A stretch of 64,000 nt of DNA, taken from the NCBI GenBank assembly GCA_963664875.1, contig OY761611.1, positions 3,360,001-3,424,000 of the forward strand, read 5' to 3'. This document shows, piece after piece, positions 39,677 through 50,237 of the stretch. Each line of letters starts with the position of its first letter. The first letter of the stretch is position 1. Made by a program: the position numbers and the translations under genes. Source of the stretch: Candidatus Kapaibacterium sp. (GTDB taxonomy: Bacteria > Bacteroidota > Ignavibacteria > Kapaibacteriales > UBA2268). Below the pieces are notes generated by a model, which made no database searches, had not been told where the DNA came from, and saw only the letters and a list, made by a program, of their open reading frames with translations.

Positions 39677-41446
39677 ATGGTAAAAGTATATATAAATAAT
39701 CAAGAAGTACAGGTGCCTGAGGGCACCCTTGTACTCGACGCAGCCAAAAAAGCAGGAGTTAAAATTCCTACTTTGTGTCACATGCCGGGTATGGAACCCA
39801 AAGGAGCATGTCGCGTATGTCTGGTAGAAGTAGAAGGTGCACGTTCGCTTGCTGCTTCATGCTCAATGCCTGTTTTTGAAGGCATGAAAGTCTTTACTAA
39901 TAACAAACACGTTAGAGAAGCAAGAAGGACTGTAGTAGAACTCTTACTGTCTGAACATGACGGCGAATGTACAACTTGCGACAGAAATGACGACTGCGAA
40001 TTGCAAACTATCGCCAGAGAAATGGGCATAAAAGAGATTAGATACCAAGGTCAAAAATCTTCAAAACAGATGGACACTACTACACCTGCTCTAACAAGAG
40101 ACAATGGTAAATGTATCAAATGCAGAAGATGCGTCGATGTTTGTAACCAAATCCAATCCGTGGGTGCATTATTCCCTCAGGGTAGAGGTTTCGATACAGT
40201 TGTTGGTCCTGCTTTTGCAACTAACTTAGAAGACGTAGCTTGCGTTCAGTGCGGTCAATGTGCGGCTGTTTGCCCTGTTGGAGCAATTACTGAAACAAGT
40301 CATATAAATGAAGTATGGAATGTACTTGATGATCCTAATAAAACTGTTATAGTTCAAACTGCACCTGCTATCAGAGCTGCTCTTGGCGAGTGTTTCGGTT
40401 ACGAACCGGGCACATTAGTAACAGGTAAAATGGTTGCTGCACTTCGCCAGTTAGGCTTTGACAAAGTGTTTGACACTAACTTTACAGCAGATTTGACAAT
40501 TATGGAAGAAGGTACAGAGCTTCTGACTCGTTTGAAAAAGCAATTAGTAGATGGCGAAAATGCACATCTTCCTATGTTTACAAGCTGCTCTCCGGGTTGG
40601 ATTAAGTTCGCTGAGTACTACTATCCTGATTATTTGAATAATCTTTCTACTTGTAAATCACCTCAGCAGATGTTTGGTGCTTTAGCTAAAACATACTTTA
40701 GAGAAAGCATAGCAAAAGATTTGGAAGAAGTGGTAGTTGTTTCTGTTATGCCTTGTACTGCTAAGAAATTTGAGTCTCAACGACCTGAAATGGACGATAG
40801 CGGTATTCGCGATGTAGATTATGTATTGACAACACGCGAATTAGCAAAAATGATAGAAATGGCAGGTATCAATTTCAAAGAATTACCTGAAGAAAGAATG
40901 GACAGCCCATTCCCTGAATCATCCGGTGCAGCAGATATTTTTGCAAATTCCGGTGGTGTTATGGAAGCGGCTCTTCGTACTGCTTACGAATTAGTAACCG
41001 GCAGAGAAGTACCATTTGACAATTTGCACGTTACTCCTGTAATGGGATTAGAAGGCGTGAAACGTGCTTCTTTGAAAGTAGAAAATGTTAAGCCTGAATG
41101 GTCATTCCTTGAAGGCGTAGAATTGAAAATAGCCGTAGCGAACGGTCTTGCTAATACTCGAAAAGTCTTTGATTTATTGAAAAGCGGAGAAGAAATCCAT
41201 TTTGTAGAAATCATGACTTGTCCTGGCGGATGTATCGGTGGTGGCGGACAGCCACGTTACACAGATGATTCAGTAAGATTGAAACGCATAGAAGCAATCT
41301 ACAAAGAAGATGAAGGCAAAGAGCTAAGAAAATCACACGAGAATCCATTTATCGAAAAGATTTATGCTGAATTCTTAGAACAGCCTTTATCTCATAAATC
41401 ACACGAATTATTACACACTCACTATTGCAAACGTGAGATAGTATAG
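39677..41446 (+). CDS. hydA: [FeFe]-hydrogenase catalytic subunit (group A)
   Basis: H-cluster motifs TSCSPGW, MPCTAKKFE and EIMTCPGGCIGGGGQ; N-terminal 2Fe-2S and 2x 4Fe-4S motifs. Confidence 0.95.
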   Translation: MVKVYINNQEVQVPEGTLVLDAAKKAGVKIPTLCHMPGMEPKGACRVCLVEVEGARSLAASCSMPVFEGMKVFTNNKHVREARRTVVELLLSEHDGECTTCDRNDDCELQTIAREMGIKEIRYQGQKSSKQMDTTTPALTRDNGKCIKCRRCVDVCNQIQSVGALFPQGRGFDTVVGPAFATNLEDVACVQCGQCAAVCPVGAITETSHINEVWNVLDDPNKTVIVQTAPAIRAALGECFGYEPGTLVTGKMVAALRQLGFDKVFDTNFTADLTIMEEGTELLTRLKKQLVDGENAHLPMFTSCSPGWIKFAEYYYPDYLNNLSTCKSPQQMFGALAKTYFRESIAKDLEEVVVVSVMPCTAKKFESQRPEMDDSGIRDVDYVLTTRELAKMIEMAGINFKELPEERMDSPFPESSGAADIFANSGGVMEAALRTAYELVTGREVPFDNLHVTPVMGLEGVKRASLKVENVKPEWSFLEGVELKIAVANGLANTRKVFDLLKSGEEIHFVEIMTCPGGCIGGGGQPRYTDDSVRLKRIEAIYKEDEGKELRKSHENPFIEKIYAEFLEQPLSHKSHELLHTHYCKREIV

Positions 41447-41476
41447 AAAATTCCCTTATATAGTTCACATTGCACC

Positions 41477-41514
41477 AATCCGGTGTGGGTATTTCGCCTG
41501 CATCGGATTTTTTT
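41477..41514 (+). terminator. Intrinsic terminator of the hyd operon
   Basis: AATCCGGTGTGGG...CCTGCATCGGATT followed by a T-run. Confidence 0.75.
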
Positions 41515-41577
41515 GTGTAACCTTTTTATGATGTGAGTGTCTATGAATATATATGTATAACTAATCTAATAAAACTT

Positions 41578-43056
41578 ATGAAAATCAAATACTTATTATT
41601 GTCAATCTTAATGATAGGATTCATTGTGAGTTGCAATGAGGATTCTGTTTCAGTAGATGTACCAATCACGCCTACCGATACTACAAAAGTGGAAATAGAT
41701 TATTCAAGATACGATAGTCTTTACTTCTGTAGAAACGAGCCTATGACAATTTACGGTACAGGTTTTGGACAAGATACAGGCAACTTGGCAGTATATTTTA
41801 ACGATATGCAATTACCGATTCTGTATGTTTCAGACAGTACTTTAACAATTATAACTCCTGATACAGAAAAAGCAGGTGAGCTTAGCATTGTAAAGAATCA
41901 GATTAAAACTACGTTCCCTGAGAAAATTCAGATAGTCTCATATTACTGCTTCGAATTGTATAGTAAATCTTTCGAGATAAACGATAATTCCGCTATTGTA
42001 GAATTGGGAGCAAATGACTTCCTAAAATATTTGGAAGTACTTTCGATAAAAGTAGGAAATCAAGTTTTAGATTTCAATGTTGTTTCGGATAAAATATTGA
42101 GTTTATCACTGCCGAGTTTAGAAGCAGGTACTTATTCAATCGATTTGATGCTCTATAATCACAAATGGATAAGTATTCCACTTAATATCATAAAAAACAA
42201 CGACTTTAAGATAAATGGCTTTGCTCCAGCGAAAGTAAAGAATGGTGAGACAGTAGTTATATCCGGTAGTGGATTTGGTACTGATATTTCTCATTTAACC
42301 GTAGAATGTGAATTGATAAGTTCTGCTGATACATGGCTTAAATTTAAGCCTGTAGTTATTTCAGATTGCACAGATACAACGATTAGTTTTGTAGTGCCTG
42401 ACTGGTCAAAGTACGAAACGTTTATTAAAGTGACAAAAGGTGAAAAGTCAAAAGTAGCAGATACCAAGCTAATTATTGATAAAGGTTCGTTGGATTATAG
42501 TATGCTTAATATCCAACTAAGCGATTTTAGGTTTGAAGTTACAAAGAAAGGAATAGATAATCTTGAACCTGTTGACAGTATTTACATCGATAAGTATGAA
42601 CTTGATGCGGAAGATCTTAATATTATGAATTGCTTCAATGGAAGTAAGTTTCATTTTTACAAATCTACTTCTACTAGTGGCCAATATCCGGAGATAGATG
42701 AATATTCTTTAGCTATCGATTTCGAGATTGATACTATTCAGAAACTGTTGAAAAACTTTAAATTTACAAAACGAGGAAAAAGCATATATAGAACAAATCA
42801 TCAACAGTACACATATACTAATGAAAAAGAAGTTGAATTTGAAATAACGGAAATGCCTTATGCAATAGTTAATGGAAATTTGCAAATATTGTTAGAATCT
42901 ACAGATTTATCCAACTTACAATGCAAAATGAACTATGACCTATACTATAAGTATGATGTTTATAGTGTTGGAGCTGTGACTGAGTACAATATTGAAAGCA
43001 CAGGCAAGATAGTTTATAATAATGAGACTAAATTGCAAATTAGTATGGAAAGATAA
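41578..43056 (+). CDS. IPT/TIG-domain lipoprotein
   Basis: IVSC lipobox; TIYGTGFG and VISGSGFG IPT repeats. Confidence 0.8.
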   Translation: MKIKYLLLSILMIGFIVSCNEDSVSVDVPITPTDTTKVEIDYSRYDSLYFCRNEPMTIYGTGFGQDTGNLAVYFNDMQLPILYVSDSTLTIITPDTEKAGELSIVKNQIKTTFPEKIQIVSYYCFELYSKSFEINDNSAIVELGANDFLKYLEVLSIKVGNQVLDFNVVSDKILSLSLPSLEAGTYSIDLMLYNHKWISIPLNIIKNNDFKINGFAPAKVKNGETVVISGSGFGTDISHLTVECELISSADTWLKFKPVVISDCTDTTISFVVPDWSKYETFIKVTKGEKSKVADTKLIIDKGSLDYSMLNIQLSDFRFEVTKKGIDNLEPVDSIYIDKYELDAEDLNIMNCFNGSKFHFYKSTSTSGQYPEIDEYSLAIDFEIDTIQKLLKNFKFTKRGKSIYRTNHQQYTYTNEKEVEFEITEMPYAIVNGNLQILLESTDLSNLQCKMNYDLYYKYDVYSVGAVTEYNIESTGKIVYNNETKLQISMER

Positions 43057-43065
43057 TGGATAAAT

Positions 43066-43098
43066 GAACTTGAGGCAGGTTTAGCCTGCTTCAAGTTC
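43066..43098. terminator. Hairpin between convergent genes (bidirectional terminator)
   Basis: GAACTTGAGGCAGG-TTTAG-CCTGCTTCAAGTTC. Confidence 0.65.
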
Positions 43099-43472
43099 TA
43101 TTTTACATCTCTATATGCAGCTTCTTCGTTCCAGTCCCCGTCAGGATTGTTGTATTTATTTATGCAAAAGAAACTTACTTTTTCATCGAATATATAAGAG
43201 GCTATTGGGCTCGGCTGCCAGATTTGTACATTTCTTTGCCATGCTTCTCCAATTAGGTATTGCTCGACACAAAGAGCCGGATTGGAAGACATACCCCAGT
43301 CAATGTCTTCTGAATATTCTATTTTATTTATGGCTTTGCTCATTCCTTTTGCAGCATTCACTGCAAGCTGTTTTACTTCCTCATTCAAATTAGGGTCGTT
43401 TGTGCTCCATTTGAATTCAGTTTCGTTTGCTAAAATTGATTTTATTTTGCCAAATAGTTTATTTTTGTTCAT
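43098..43472 (-). CDS. Hypothetical protein
   Basis: 124-aa ORF with ATG start converging on the hairpin; no recognised motif. Confidence 0.55.
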   Translation of the reverse strand: MNKNKLFGKIKSILANETEFKWSTNDPNLNEEVKQLAVNAAKGMSKAINKIEYSEDIDWGMSSNPALCVEQYLIGEAWQRNVQIWQPSPIASYIFDEKVSFFCINKYNNPDGDWNEEAAYRDVK

Positions 43473-43618
43473 TGGTGTCTTCTATAATACTGATTGTTTC
43501 GTGTTTTACAAATTGCTGTGGAAAAAAAATCCTTAAAAAAGGATAATAATATCTTGTCAGATTCGACTTTATATATGAGTTTCATATTATCCCTGAATGT
43601 TGTGGTCGCAATCTATCT

Positions 43619-44869
43619 TTATGAAGATTGCGGCTCTTTTTTTATTAGGAATGACGAATCTCCGTAGCTTAGGAAATTGAAGTCGTTTTCCAAAGCGTAA
43701 TTATACATCTTCCGCCAAAGTTCTTTTCCTGTAAACGCTGCAACAAGTAGAATCAAAGTACTTTGCGGCATGTGAAAGTTTGTTATGATACCACTAATCA
43801 TATTCAACTTATACCCCGGCATAATAAACAGTTGAGTTTTGCCGGAAATAATTTCGATTTGACTTTCATCCATCAACTCAAGAATTGCATTCATTGCTTC
43901 ATAAGGAGATGGCAATTTTTCGATTCCTTTTCTTATTCTGTAAGGATCCCATTGATGAACATAGATATTTGCTTCGGCAGTTTCTTTTAAGAGCAGTTTA
44001 ACACCATACCAATAAAGAGATTCCAATGTTCTCAAAGAAGTTGTTCCTGTAGCGATTACGTTGTTTTTGCCTGAGCGAAAATACTCTGTTATAGAGCTAA
44101 TAAAAGACTTTTCAATAAAAATCTGTTCTCTGTGCATATCGTGAGTGCTTACATCGCCATCGCTTATCGGTTTGAAGGTACCGGGACCGACATGGAGTAA
44201 AACCTCACCTTGCTCTACACCTTTGGTTTTTAACTTTGACAATATTTCATCTGTAAAGTGCAATCCTGCAGTAGGAGCTGCCACAGAGCCTTCGGTTTTT
44301 GCATAAACAGTCTGGTATCTGTCTTTATCCGATTCTTCTGTGTCCCGTTTAATGTAGGGAGGGAGTGGTATTTTTCCGGTTTTTTCAATCATTTCTGCAA
44401 ATGAGATATTTTCTTCCCATCGGAATTCAACTTTTGCTTTATTTCCTTCTTTCTCTAATACTTCGCAGATAAGATTGTCATTTTGAATTGGACTAAGTAT
44501 TGCTCCAGTGCTTATAGCTCTGCCTCCGATGATGCACTCCCAAACACATTTGTTATGCGTTGCCATAGTAACCTGTGGGTCATTTGACGGAGATATGGGT
44601 TCCACGACCAGTATCTCAGCTTTTCCTCCGGTTTCCTTTTTGCAAAGAAGTCTTGCAGCTATAACTTTAGTCGAATTCATCACCAAAAAAGCATCGGAAG
44701 GCATTAGATCAACAATGTCTGCAAACTTTTTAGTCTCTATATTATTTGCATTTACATCGCAGTAAAGCATTTTGCTTTGACTTCTGTCTTTTGCAGGGTA
44801 GCGTGGAATTCTGTCTTCCGGCAATAAATAATCAAATTCTTTTAAATCTATATGGGGTATAAAATCCAT
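43619..44869 (-). CDS. queA: S-adenosylmethionine:tRNA ribosyltransferase-isomerase
   Basis: FDYLLP, PLPPYIKR, YQTVYA, GSVAAPTAGLHFT, HVGPGTFKP, TNFHMPQSTL, SYGDS. Confidence 0.96.
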   Translation of the reverse strand: MDFIPHIDLKEFDYLLPEDRIPRYPAKDRSQSKMLYCDVNANNIETKKFADIVDLMPSDAFLVMNSTKVIAARLLCKKETGGKAEILVVEPISPSNDPQVTMATHNKCVWECIIGGRAISTGAILSPIQNDNLICEVLEKEGNKAKVEFRWEENISFAEMIEKTGKIPLPPYIKRDTEESDKDRYQTVYAKTEGSVAAPTAGLHFTDEILSKLKTKGVEQGEVLLHVGPGTFKPISDGDVSTHDMHREQIFIEKSFISSITEYFRSGKNNVIATGTTSLRTLESLYWYGVKLLLKETAEANIYVHQWDPYRIRKGIEKLPSPYEAMNAILELMDESQIEIISGKTQLFIMPGYKLNMISGIITNFHMPQSTLILLVAAFTGKELWRKMYNYALENDFNFLSYGDSSFLIKKEPQSS

Positions 44870-44896
44870 TTTTATGCCTATTGAATTGTCAGGTGT

Positions 44897-45550
44897 TTAT
44901 GCTAATTTTGGCGTATTGGCTTCTTCTTCGCTATTTGGCAAAGTTTCTTTTTTTGCTTTCTCTTCCTTAGGCTTCCAAATAGTCTCTGAGTTGATTGCGG
45001 ACATTGATCTGCCGATATTATTGTTTTTCATGATATATTCTAAAGCGTCGCAAGCCTTATTAATCATGCTTTTCAAGTCTTCGCTTTCCGATTCTTTAAA
45101 TTCGGACAAAACGTAGTCAACCATGCCACCGGGGCCAAATTCTTTACCTATACCACAACGTAAACGCAAAAAATTGGAAGCATTCATCTCTTCAATGATC
45201 GAGGCTATCCCATTATGTCCGCCATCGCTTCCGTCTTTTTTTAGATGGATTTTTCCCACATTGAAGTTGTATTCGTCCACTATAACAATTATATTAGTTA
45301 CCGGAACCGAATATTTATTTGCGAGCTTGCGGACTGCCTCACCCGAAGCGTTCATATAAGTTGTGGGTTTGACAATTCCTGCAAGTTTTCCTGCATATTT
45401 GAATTCAGCGAAATTATAAATAGAGGACACAGGTGCAATCTCGATATTTCTTCGTTTTGCAAACTCATCAGCAACGAGCCAGCCTATGTTATGTCTTGTG
45501 TTGCTATATCTTTCACCGGGATTACCTAATCCTACGATCAACCAATTCAT
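44897..45550 (-). CDS. pth: Peptidyl-tRNA hydrolase
   Basis: LIVGLGNPG..YSNTRHNIG, KPTTYMNASG, GGHNGIASI; start set at ATG 45550. Confidence 0.95.
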   Translation of the reverse strand: MNWLIVGLGNPGERYSNTRHNIGWLVADEFAKRRNIEIAPVSSIYNFAEFKYAGKLAGIVKPTTYMNASGEAVRKLANKYSVPVTNIIVIVDEYNFNVGKIHLKKDGSDGGHNGIASIIEEMNASNFLRLRCGIGKEFGPGGMVDYVLSEFKESESEDLKSMINKACDALEYIMKNNNIGRSMSAINSETIWKPKEEKAKKETLPNSEEEANTPKLA

Positions 45551-45703
45551 ATTTTTTAGATTTGTTTTTGATACATCGCTACAAAAATAAGCATTTCGTT
45601 CTAAGCAGAAATAATAAATTTCAGTATAAACCAACCCGGCGAATCTCAGAGACATCGTTTAAGTATTTTTTTTATGCGTATCTTATACAGATGAGTATAA
45701 AAG

Positions 45704-46069
45704 CTAAAGACTTTTCTGTAAATCTTTCTTTGTAAACTCATTAATTGTATCACCGGTATTCAAAGTAGAAGCAGGCTCAAAAAGCATAATTGCAACTTCC
45801 TCATCAGCAACAGGTTTATGCTCAACTCCTTTTGGAATAATCGTAAATTCATTTGGTGAAAGCGTTAAAGTTTTATCCCTCAATTCTATTTTTAACTTGC
45901 CCTCAATTACAAAAAACATCTCGTCTTCTTGATCATGTTTATGCCAAACAAATTCTCCAAATAGCTTCGCCAACTTCACATATTGACCATTCAGTTCACC
46001 AACAATAACGGGCGACCAGTATTCCTTAATCTCTGCTAACTTTTGTTCTATATTTATTATGTTAATCAT
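45704..46069 (-). CDS. Cupin domain protein
   Basis: GEFVWHKHDQEDEMF, IPKGVEHKP. Confidence 0.9.
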   Translation of the reverse strand: MINIINIEQKLAEIKEYWSPVIVGELNGQYVKLAKLFGEFVWHKHDQEDEMFFVIEGKLKIELRDKTLTLSPNEFTIIPKGVEHKPVADEEVAIMLFEPASTLNTGDTINEFTKKDLQKSL

Positions 46070-46075
46070 TCCTAA

Positions 46076-49000
46076 CTACCTCACTACCATTACTTTGCGC
46101 CTCTCGACATAAGTAGGTGTTTTGAATTGCAATATATAATGACCCGAGCCTATTTCGGAAATGTCTTGGATTATTTGTCTATCCTGAAAATCTGAAATAT
46201 CTTCTGCGAAAAATGTGGCAACGGTTTTCCCAAGCATATTTACTAAAGTGATTTCTGTATAACCTACTTCAATGACAGAGAAGTCAATCTGTATGCGGTT
46301 CTCAGCCGGGTTAGGGGAGAGGTTAAATATAGCAACTTTCTCCTCTGTATTCGAGGTTGGTTTAAGTTTTTTGAAAAGACCACTTGTGAATTCTGTGTCA
46401 TAAGTAAACTCATTTCCTTCTTTGTCGAACCATATTAAATATTCGAAGTCAATAGAAGTACTTTCTACTAAACCAGGTTCAACTTTAAAAGGAATTGTCG
46501 TAAGAATATTACCCTCATTGTTAATCTCACCTTTAAATTTTACGTATGCGGAATCAGCTTTTGTTTCTACTAAATCTTCTTCGTTAATAACACTCAATAG
46601 GCTACTCTCAACACGCACTAATCCTTCAAAAGAGCCTATCATTTCTGAGAATTTCTCAATCCCATTATTTTCAATTTTAATATCAATACCAACAACCCCG
46701 CCTACTAATGCAGAATCAGTCGAAGCTGATACTTCCGCACCGATACCGGCACCGTAAAGCTGAGCTATTGCCGGAGAGCCAGCACCATTAAAGTGGAACG
46801 CAACCTGACCGCTTGTTCTTCCAATATATTTTGGATTAAAGCTAATATTTAGACTATAGGCTTTGTTCCCAGCTAATGTGAAAGGTTGAATCTGTGTCGA
46901 ATCTCTAAATATAAACTGCTCATTATCAGGACCAAGCATTTCGATCTTGGTAATATCGATTGGTTCAGGTGTCACATTTTCAATAAGAACAATGGATGAA
47001 TCAGCATTGTTATACATTTCACCAATACCAAAATCAATGATCTCTGAATAAGCTACAATCTGCTCTGCGACTCCATGTCCGTAAATATTTTGCGTCAGAG
47101 TATCCGCTTGAGTAACAACTACCACCTGAGCTGAATAATCCCTCACTTCAGTAGGAGTAAACTTAAACTCGCACATCTGTTTCTCACCAACTGCAACTGA
47201 ATAAACCGGATTCGGGCCATTCAATCCAAAATAATCCGCATCAGCTCCTTCAAAATAAATAGTATCAATCCTGCAATCCCATTGCCCGATATTATCGAAA
47301 AACTCAGTTATAACAGAATCTTTACTTGAGTTTACAACAACATCACCCATATTTATGTCTTGGCTTGAGACTTCGGGGGCAACTATGGAGAAAACAGCAT
47401 CAGAGGTATCGGATTGAATGCCGTTTGTAATACTCTCTATTTTCGCAACCCAAATGTCGCTTGTAGATTTACTTCCATCATGGTTTTTGGGGACATCAAA
47501 GTCGTTTGAGCTAGATTGAGAAGTAAAAACTATTTCAGAATAGTTGTTTATAAGGAAATCACCCAAGAATTCGTTTGAAGAACCACCTAATAACTTTTGC
47601 CACAAAAGATTTCCATCTTGGTCTAAATAGCTAATCCATGTGTCATATTCTCCATGATTTTCTGAAAATAGACCATCTTTTGAGCGACTATTGCCAGCTA
47701 AAACAAGATTCCCATTTTGACTCGCCTTGATTGATAACCCTGCATCTTCATAAATCCCACCTAAACATTTTTGCCAATCTATTTCACCGTTACTATCGAT
47801 TTTTACTAACCATGCATCATAGTATCCCTTATTACCGCTGACGTCATAATCAAATGAGTAGGTCTGCCCTGTAAATATATAATTTTTGTCCTGAGTTTCA
47901 ATAATGCTGCGAGCATTGTCTAAATTACTTCCGCCATAGTTGTTTTTCCAGATTACATTGCCCATCGGATTCATTTTAATAACCAGCACATCATCCATTC
48001 CATAATTTCCGTTTGTAGTCAGATTATTGGATTTAGTGACACCGGCAATGACAATGTTATTGTCAAATGTTTCCAACACAGAATAAGCTGATTCTGTGCC
48101 GTAACCTCCAATAACTTGCTGCCATTTAATATCTCCATTTTGTGAAATCTTCACAGTCCAAGTATCGTAATCGCCAAAATTCTCAATTATGTCTCCATCT
48201 ATTGAATTTGTTTGTCCTACAAAAATATACCCACCATCTTTAGATTGAATAATGTCATTGGCTTTGTCGTCTAACGAACCACCGTAACACTTCTTCCACT
48301 CTATGTTACCTTCTGAGTTGAGTTTGAGTATCCATGCGTCGCTGTTTCCATGGTTACCTAATACATCTTTATCATTAGATGTTGTTGAGCCTGCCAAAAT
48401 ATATCCGCCGTCTAAGGTATTGATAATTTTGCTTGCGATATCAATTTTGCTACCTCCGAATGTCTTGTCCCATTCAATTTGACCTTTTGAATTGATTTTT
48501 AGCAAGACTATGTCTTTATCACCGTTGTTTTTACTTATGTCCCAATTGTTGGAGTTTGAATACCCAGCTATTAAGTATCCACCGTCTTTGCATTGAATAA
48601 TAGAATTTGGACTGTCATTTAAACTACCTCCAAAACTATTAGTCCATTCCATCGATAGAGAGTTTTCTTTTGACTTTGTGTGTATTCTGACCAAACAATT
48701 ATCTGAAACTTTGAACGGGATATGTACCCACTTTGATTTTAAATTATCTGCATTGTTTAGCAATTCCTGCCAAGAAATACCATTATCAATGCTATATTCA
48801 ATAGACACTGTATCAGATGGAAGTACTCCTGACCAAGAAATGAGCGTATCAGTTCCAACTAAAAATTGTTCATTTCCATTTGGAGCAAGCAATGTGAGTT
48901 TTCTGTTATATCCGCCATTATTTTTAAATTTGTTTCCCGAGCAAAAAAGATAAGAGCTACAAAATTGAGTCTTAAACTCAAGCTCTGAAATTACATAGGC

Positions 49001-50104
49001 ACTGTTTTCAGGGGTGAAACTAACAGTTAAAGATAAACTTTCATTCTTTTTAAGTGAGAACTGCTTTGGTTGAATGTCAAATCTATTATCGGAACTACTT
49101 ATATTCGATACATCAATATCGTTTCCTATTGCAGTTACAACAATTGTGGTGTCATTACTTTGATTTAGTTTAGGTGATTGGAAAAATAAATTACTTGGTT
49201 CAATTAGTAATTTTGCTATGCCGCTTAGAGGTTGCGGATATGAAACTTTTCCTGTCAAATTTAAACTAAAATTTTCCACATCCAATCGAATTATATCTGA
49301 TTTGCATCTGTATTTCGAACTCCATTCAATAGTACAGGCAGAATTACCTTGCGTTGAGTGTAAAATCTTATTATAAGTTTCTTTTGCTTCTTCTATCGAA
49401 GTAATATTTTCAAACCACATTCCACCTGTTTCTTCGGCAATATTTTTGAGCATGATTGGACAATTAAACCCTAAAGTAACACAATAAAAGGTGGCATCCA
49501 TGCTTAGCGCTTTTGATAATATTTTATCTTCATTGCCTGCTGCGTACCCATCGGTTATTAGTACCATCACTTTTTTATGCTTCGCCTTCTCCAAAACAAT
49601 TAAACCACCAGCAATTGGATTAATAAAGGCTGCATTAAAATCAGTATCTCCGTAATTAGAGAGTGTTTGTAGTTTTTGTAAAAGCTTATTGCGATTGGTT
49701 GTAAAATCTTGTATATATTGATTTTCAGATGTAAAGGAAGTTATTGCACATTCTGACTTTCCAAGAGGCAGCGCGTTAACCCAGCTTTTTGCCGCTTCTT
49801 TAGCCATCTCTATGGAGTTCCCGGTCATTGAGCCGGAAACATCTATTGTAAGTACACTTGAAATTGCGGTAGGAGACTGAGGCGTAGGGCAGGAGATATT
49901 CAATACTTCTCTCTGTTCATCATTTTCGGTTACTTCGAAATCTGAAGCTTGTAGCCCTAATATCTGCTTTCCATCAGAGTCAAAAGCATAAAACTTTGCT
50001 CGCATAATCGGGAAGTCGGTTGTGTCAATATCGAAAACAGAGAGAGATTGGCTACCTGCTTGGTATATCAAAATCAGGAATAAGAACAATATGATTTTTT
50101 GCAT
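46076..50104 (-). CDS. Secreted vWA, ASH/Ig and beta-propeller repeat protein with T9SS C-terminal domain
   Basis: Signal peptide, MIDAS DVSGSM, repeated GxIxWxKxxGGS..D units, C-terminal SPNPA...VNMLGK...SGHYIL. Confidence 0.85.
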   Translation of the reverse strand: MQKIILFLFLILIYQAGSQSLSVFDIDTTDFPIMRAKFYAFDSDGKQILGLQASDFEVTENDEQREVLNISCPTPQSPTAISSVLTIDVSGSMTGNSIEMAKEAAKSWVNALPLGKSECAITSFTSENQYIQDFTTNRNKLLQKLQTLSNYGDTDFNAAFINPIAGGLIVLEKAKHKKVMVLITDGYAAGNEDKILSKALSMDATFYCVTLGFNCPIMLKNIAEETGGMWFENITSIEEAKETYNKILHSTQGNSACTIEWSSKYRCKSDIIRLDVENFSLNLTGKVSYPQPLSGIAKLLIEPSNLFFQSPKLNQSNDTTIVVTAIGNDIDVSNISSSDNRFDIQPKQFSLKKNESLSLTVSFTPENSAYVISELEFKTQFCSSYLFCSGNKFKNNGGYNRKLTLLAPNGNEQFLVGTDTLISWSGVLPSDTVSIEYSIDNGISWQELLNNADNLKSKWVHIPFKVSDNCLVRIHTKSKENSLSMEWTNSFGGSLNDSPNSIIQCKDGGYLIAGYSNSNNWDISKNNGDKDIVLLKINSKGQIEWDKTFGGSKIDIASKIINTLDGGYILAGSTTSNDKDVLGNHGNSDAWILKLNSEGNIEWKKCYGGSLDDKANDIIQSKDGGYIFVGQTNSIDGDIIENFGDYDTWTVKISQNGDIKWQQVIGGYGTESAYSVLETFDNNIVIAGVTKSNNLTTNGNYGMDDVLVIKMNPMGNVIWKNNYGGSNLDNARSIIETQDKNYIFTGQTYSFDYDVSGNKGYYDAWLVKIDSNGEIDWQKCLGGIYEDAGLSIKASQNGNLVLAGNSRSKDGLFSENHGEYDTWISYLDQDGNLLWQKLLGGSSNEFLGDFLINNYSEIVFTSQSSSNDFDVPKNHDGSKSTSDIWVAKIESITNGIQSDTSDAVFSIVAPEVSSQDINMGDVVVNSSKDSVITEFFDNIGQWDCRIDTIYFEGADADYFGLNGPNPVYSVAVGEKQMCEFKFTPTEVRDYSAQVVVVTQADTLTQNIYGHGVAEQIVAYSEIIDFGIGEMYNNADSSIVLIENVTPEPIDITKIEMLGPDNEQFIFRDSTQIQPFTLAGNKAYSLNISFNPKYIGRTSGQVAFHFNGAGSPAIAQLYGAGIGAEVSASTDSALVGGVVGIDIKIENNGIEKFSEMIGSFEGLVRVESSLLSVINEEDLVETKADSAYVKFKGEINNEGNILTTIPFKVEPGLVESTSIDFEYLIWFDKEGNEFTYDTEFTSGLFKKLKPTSNTEEKVAIFNLSPNPAENRIQIDFSVIEVGYTEITLVNMLGKTVATFFAEDISDFQDRQIIQDISEIGSGHYILQFKTPTYVERRKVMVVR

Positions 50105-50191
50105 TGTATTGTGATTTATAGTGATAAAAACATCACAATATACAGATTTGATTTGTAATAATTTGAGGATTAATTTTTAAATTTTCTGATT

Positions 50192-50220
50192 AAAAAACAG
50201 GCACCCTAAGAGAGTGCCTG
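50192..50220 (-). terminator. Intrinsic terminator
   Basis: Minus strand CAGGCACT..GGTGCCTG followed by T6. Confidence 0.75.
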
Positions 50221-50237
50221 CGTAAAATCATTCCTAA

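Noticed and set aside
40579-40600. TSCSP motif as a sign of an inactive hydrogenase
   Set aside because: C/S variation at this position is a known variant of the L1 motif in group A enzymes
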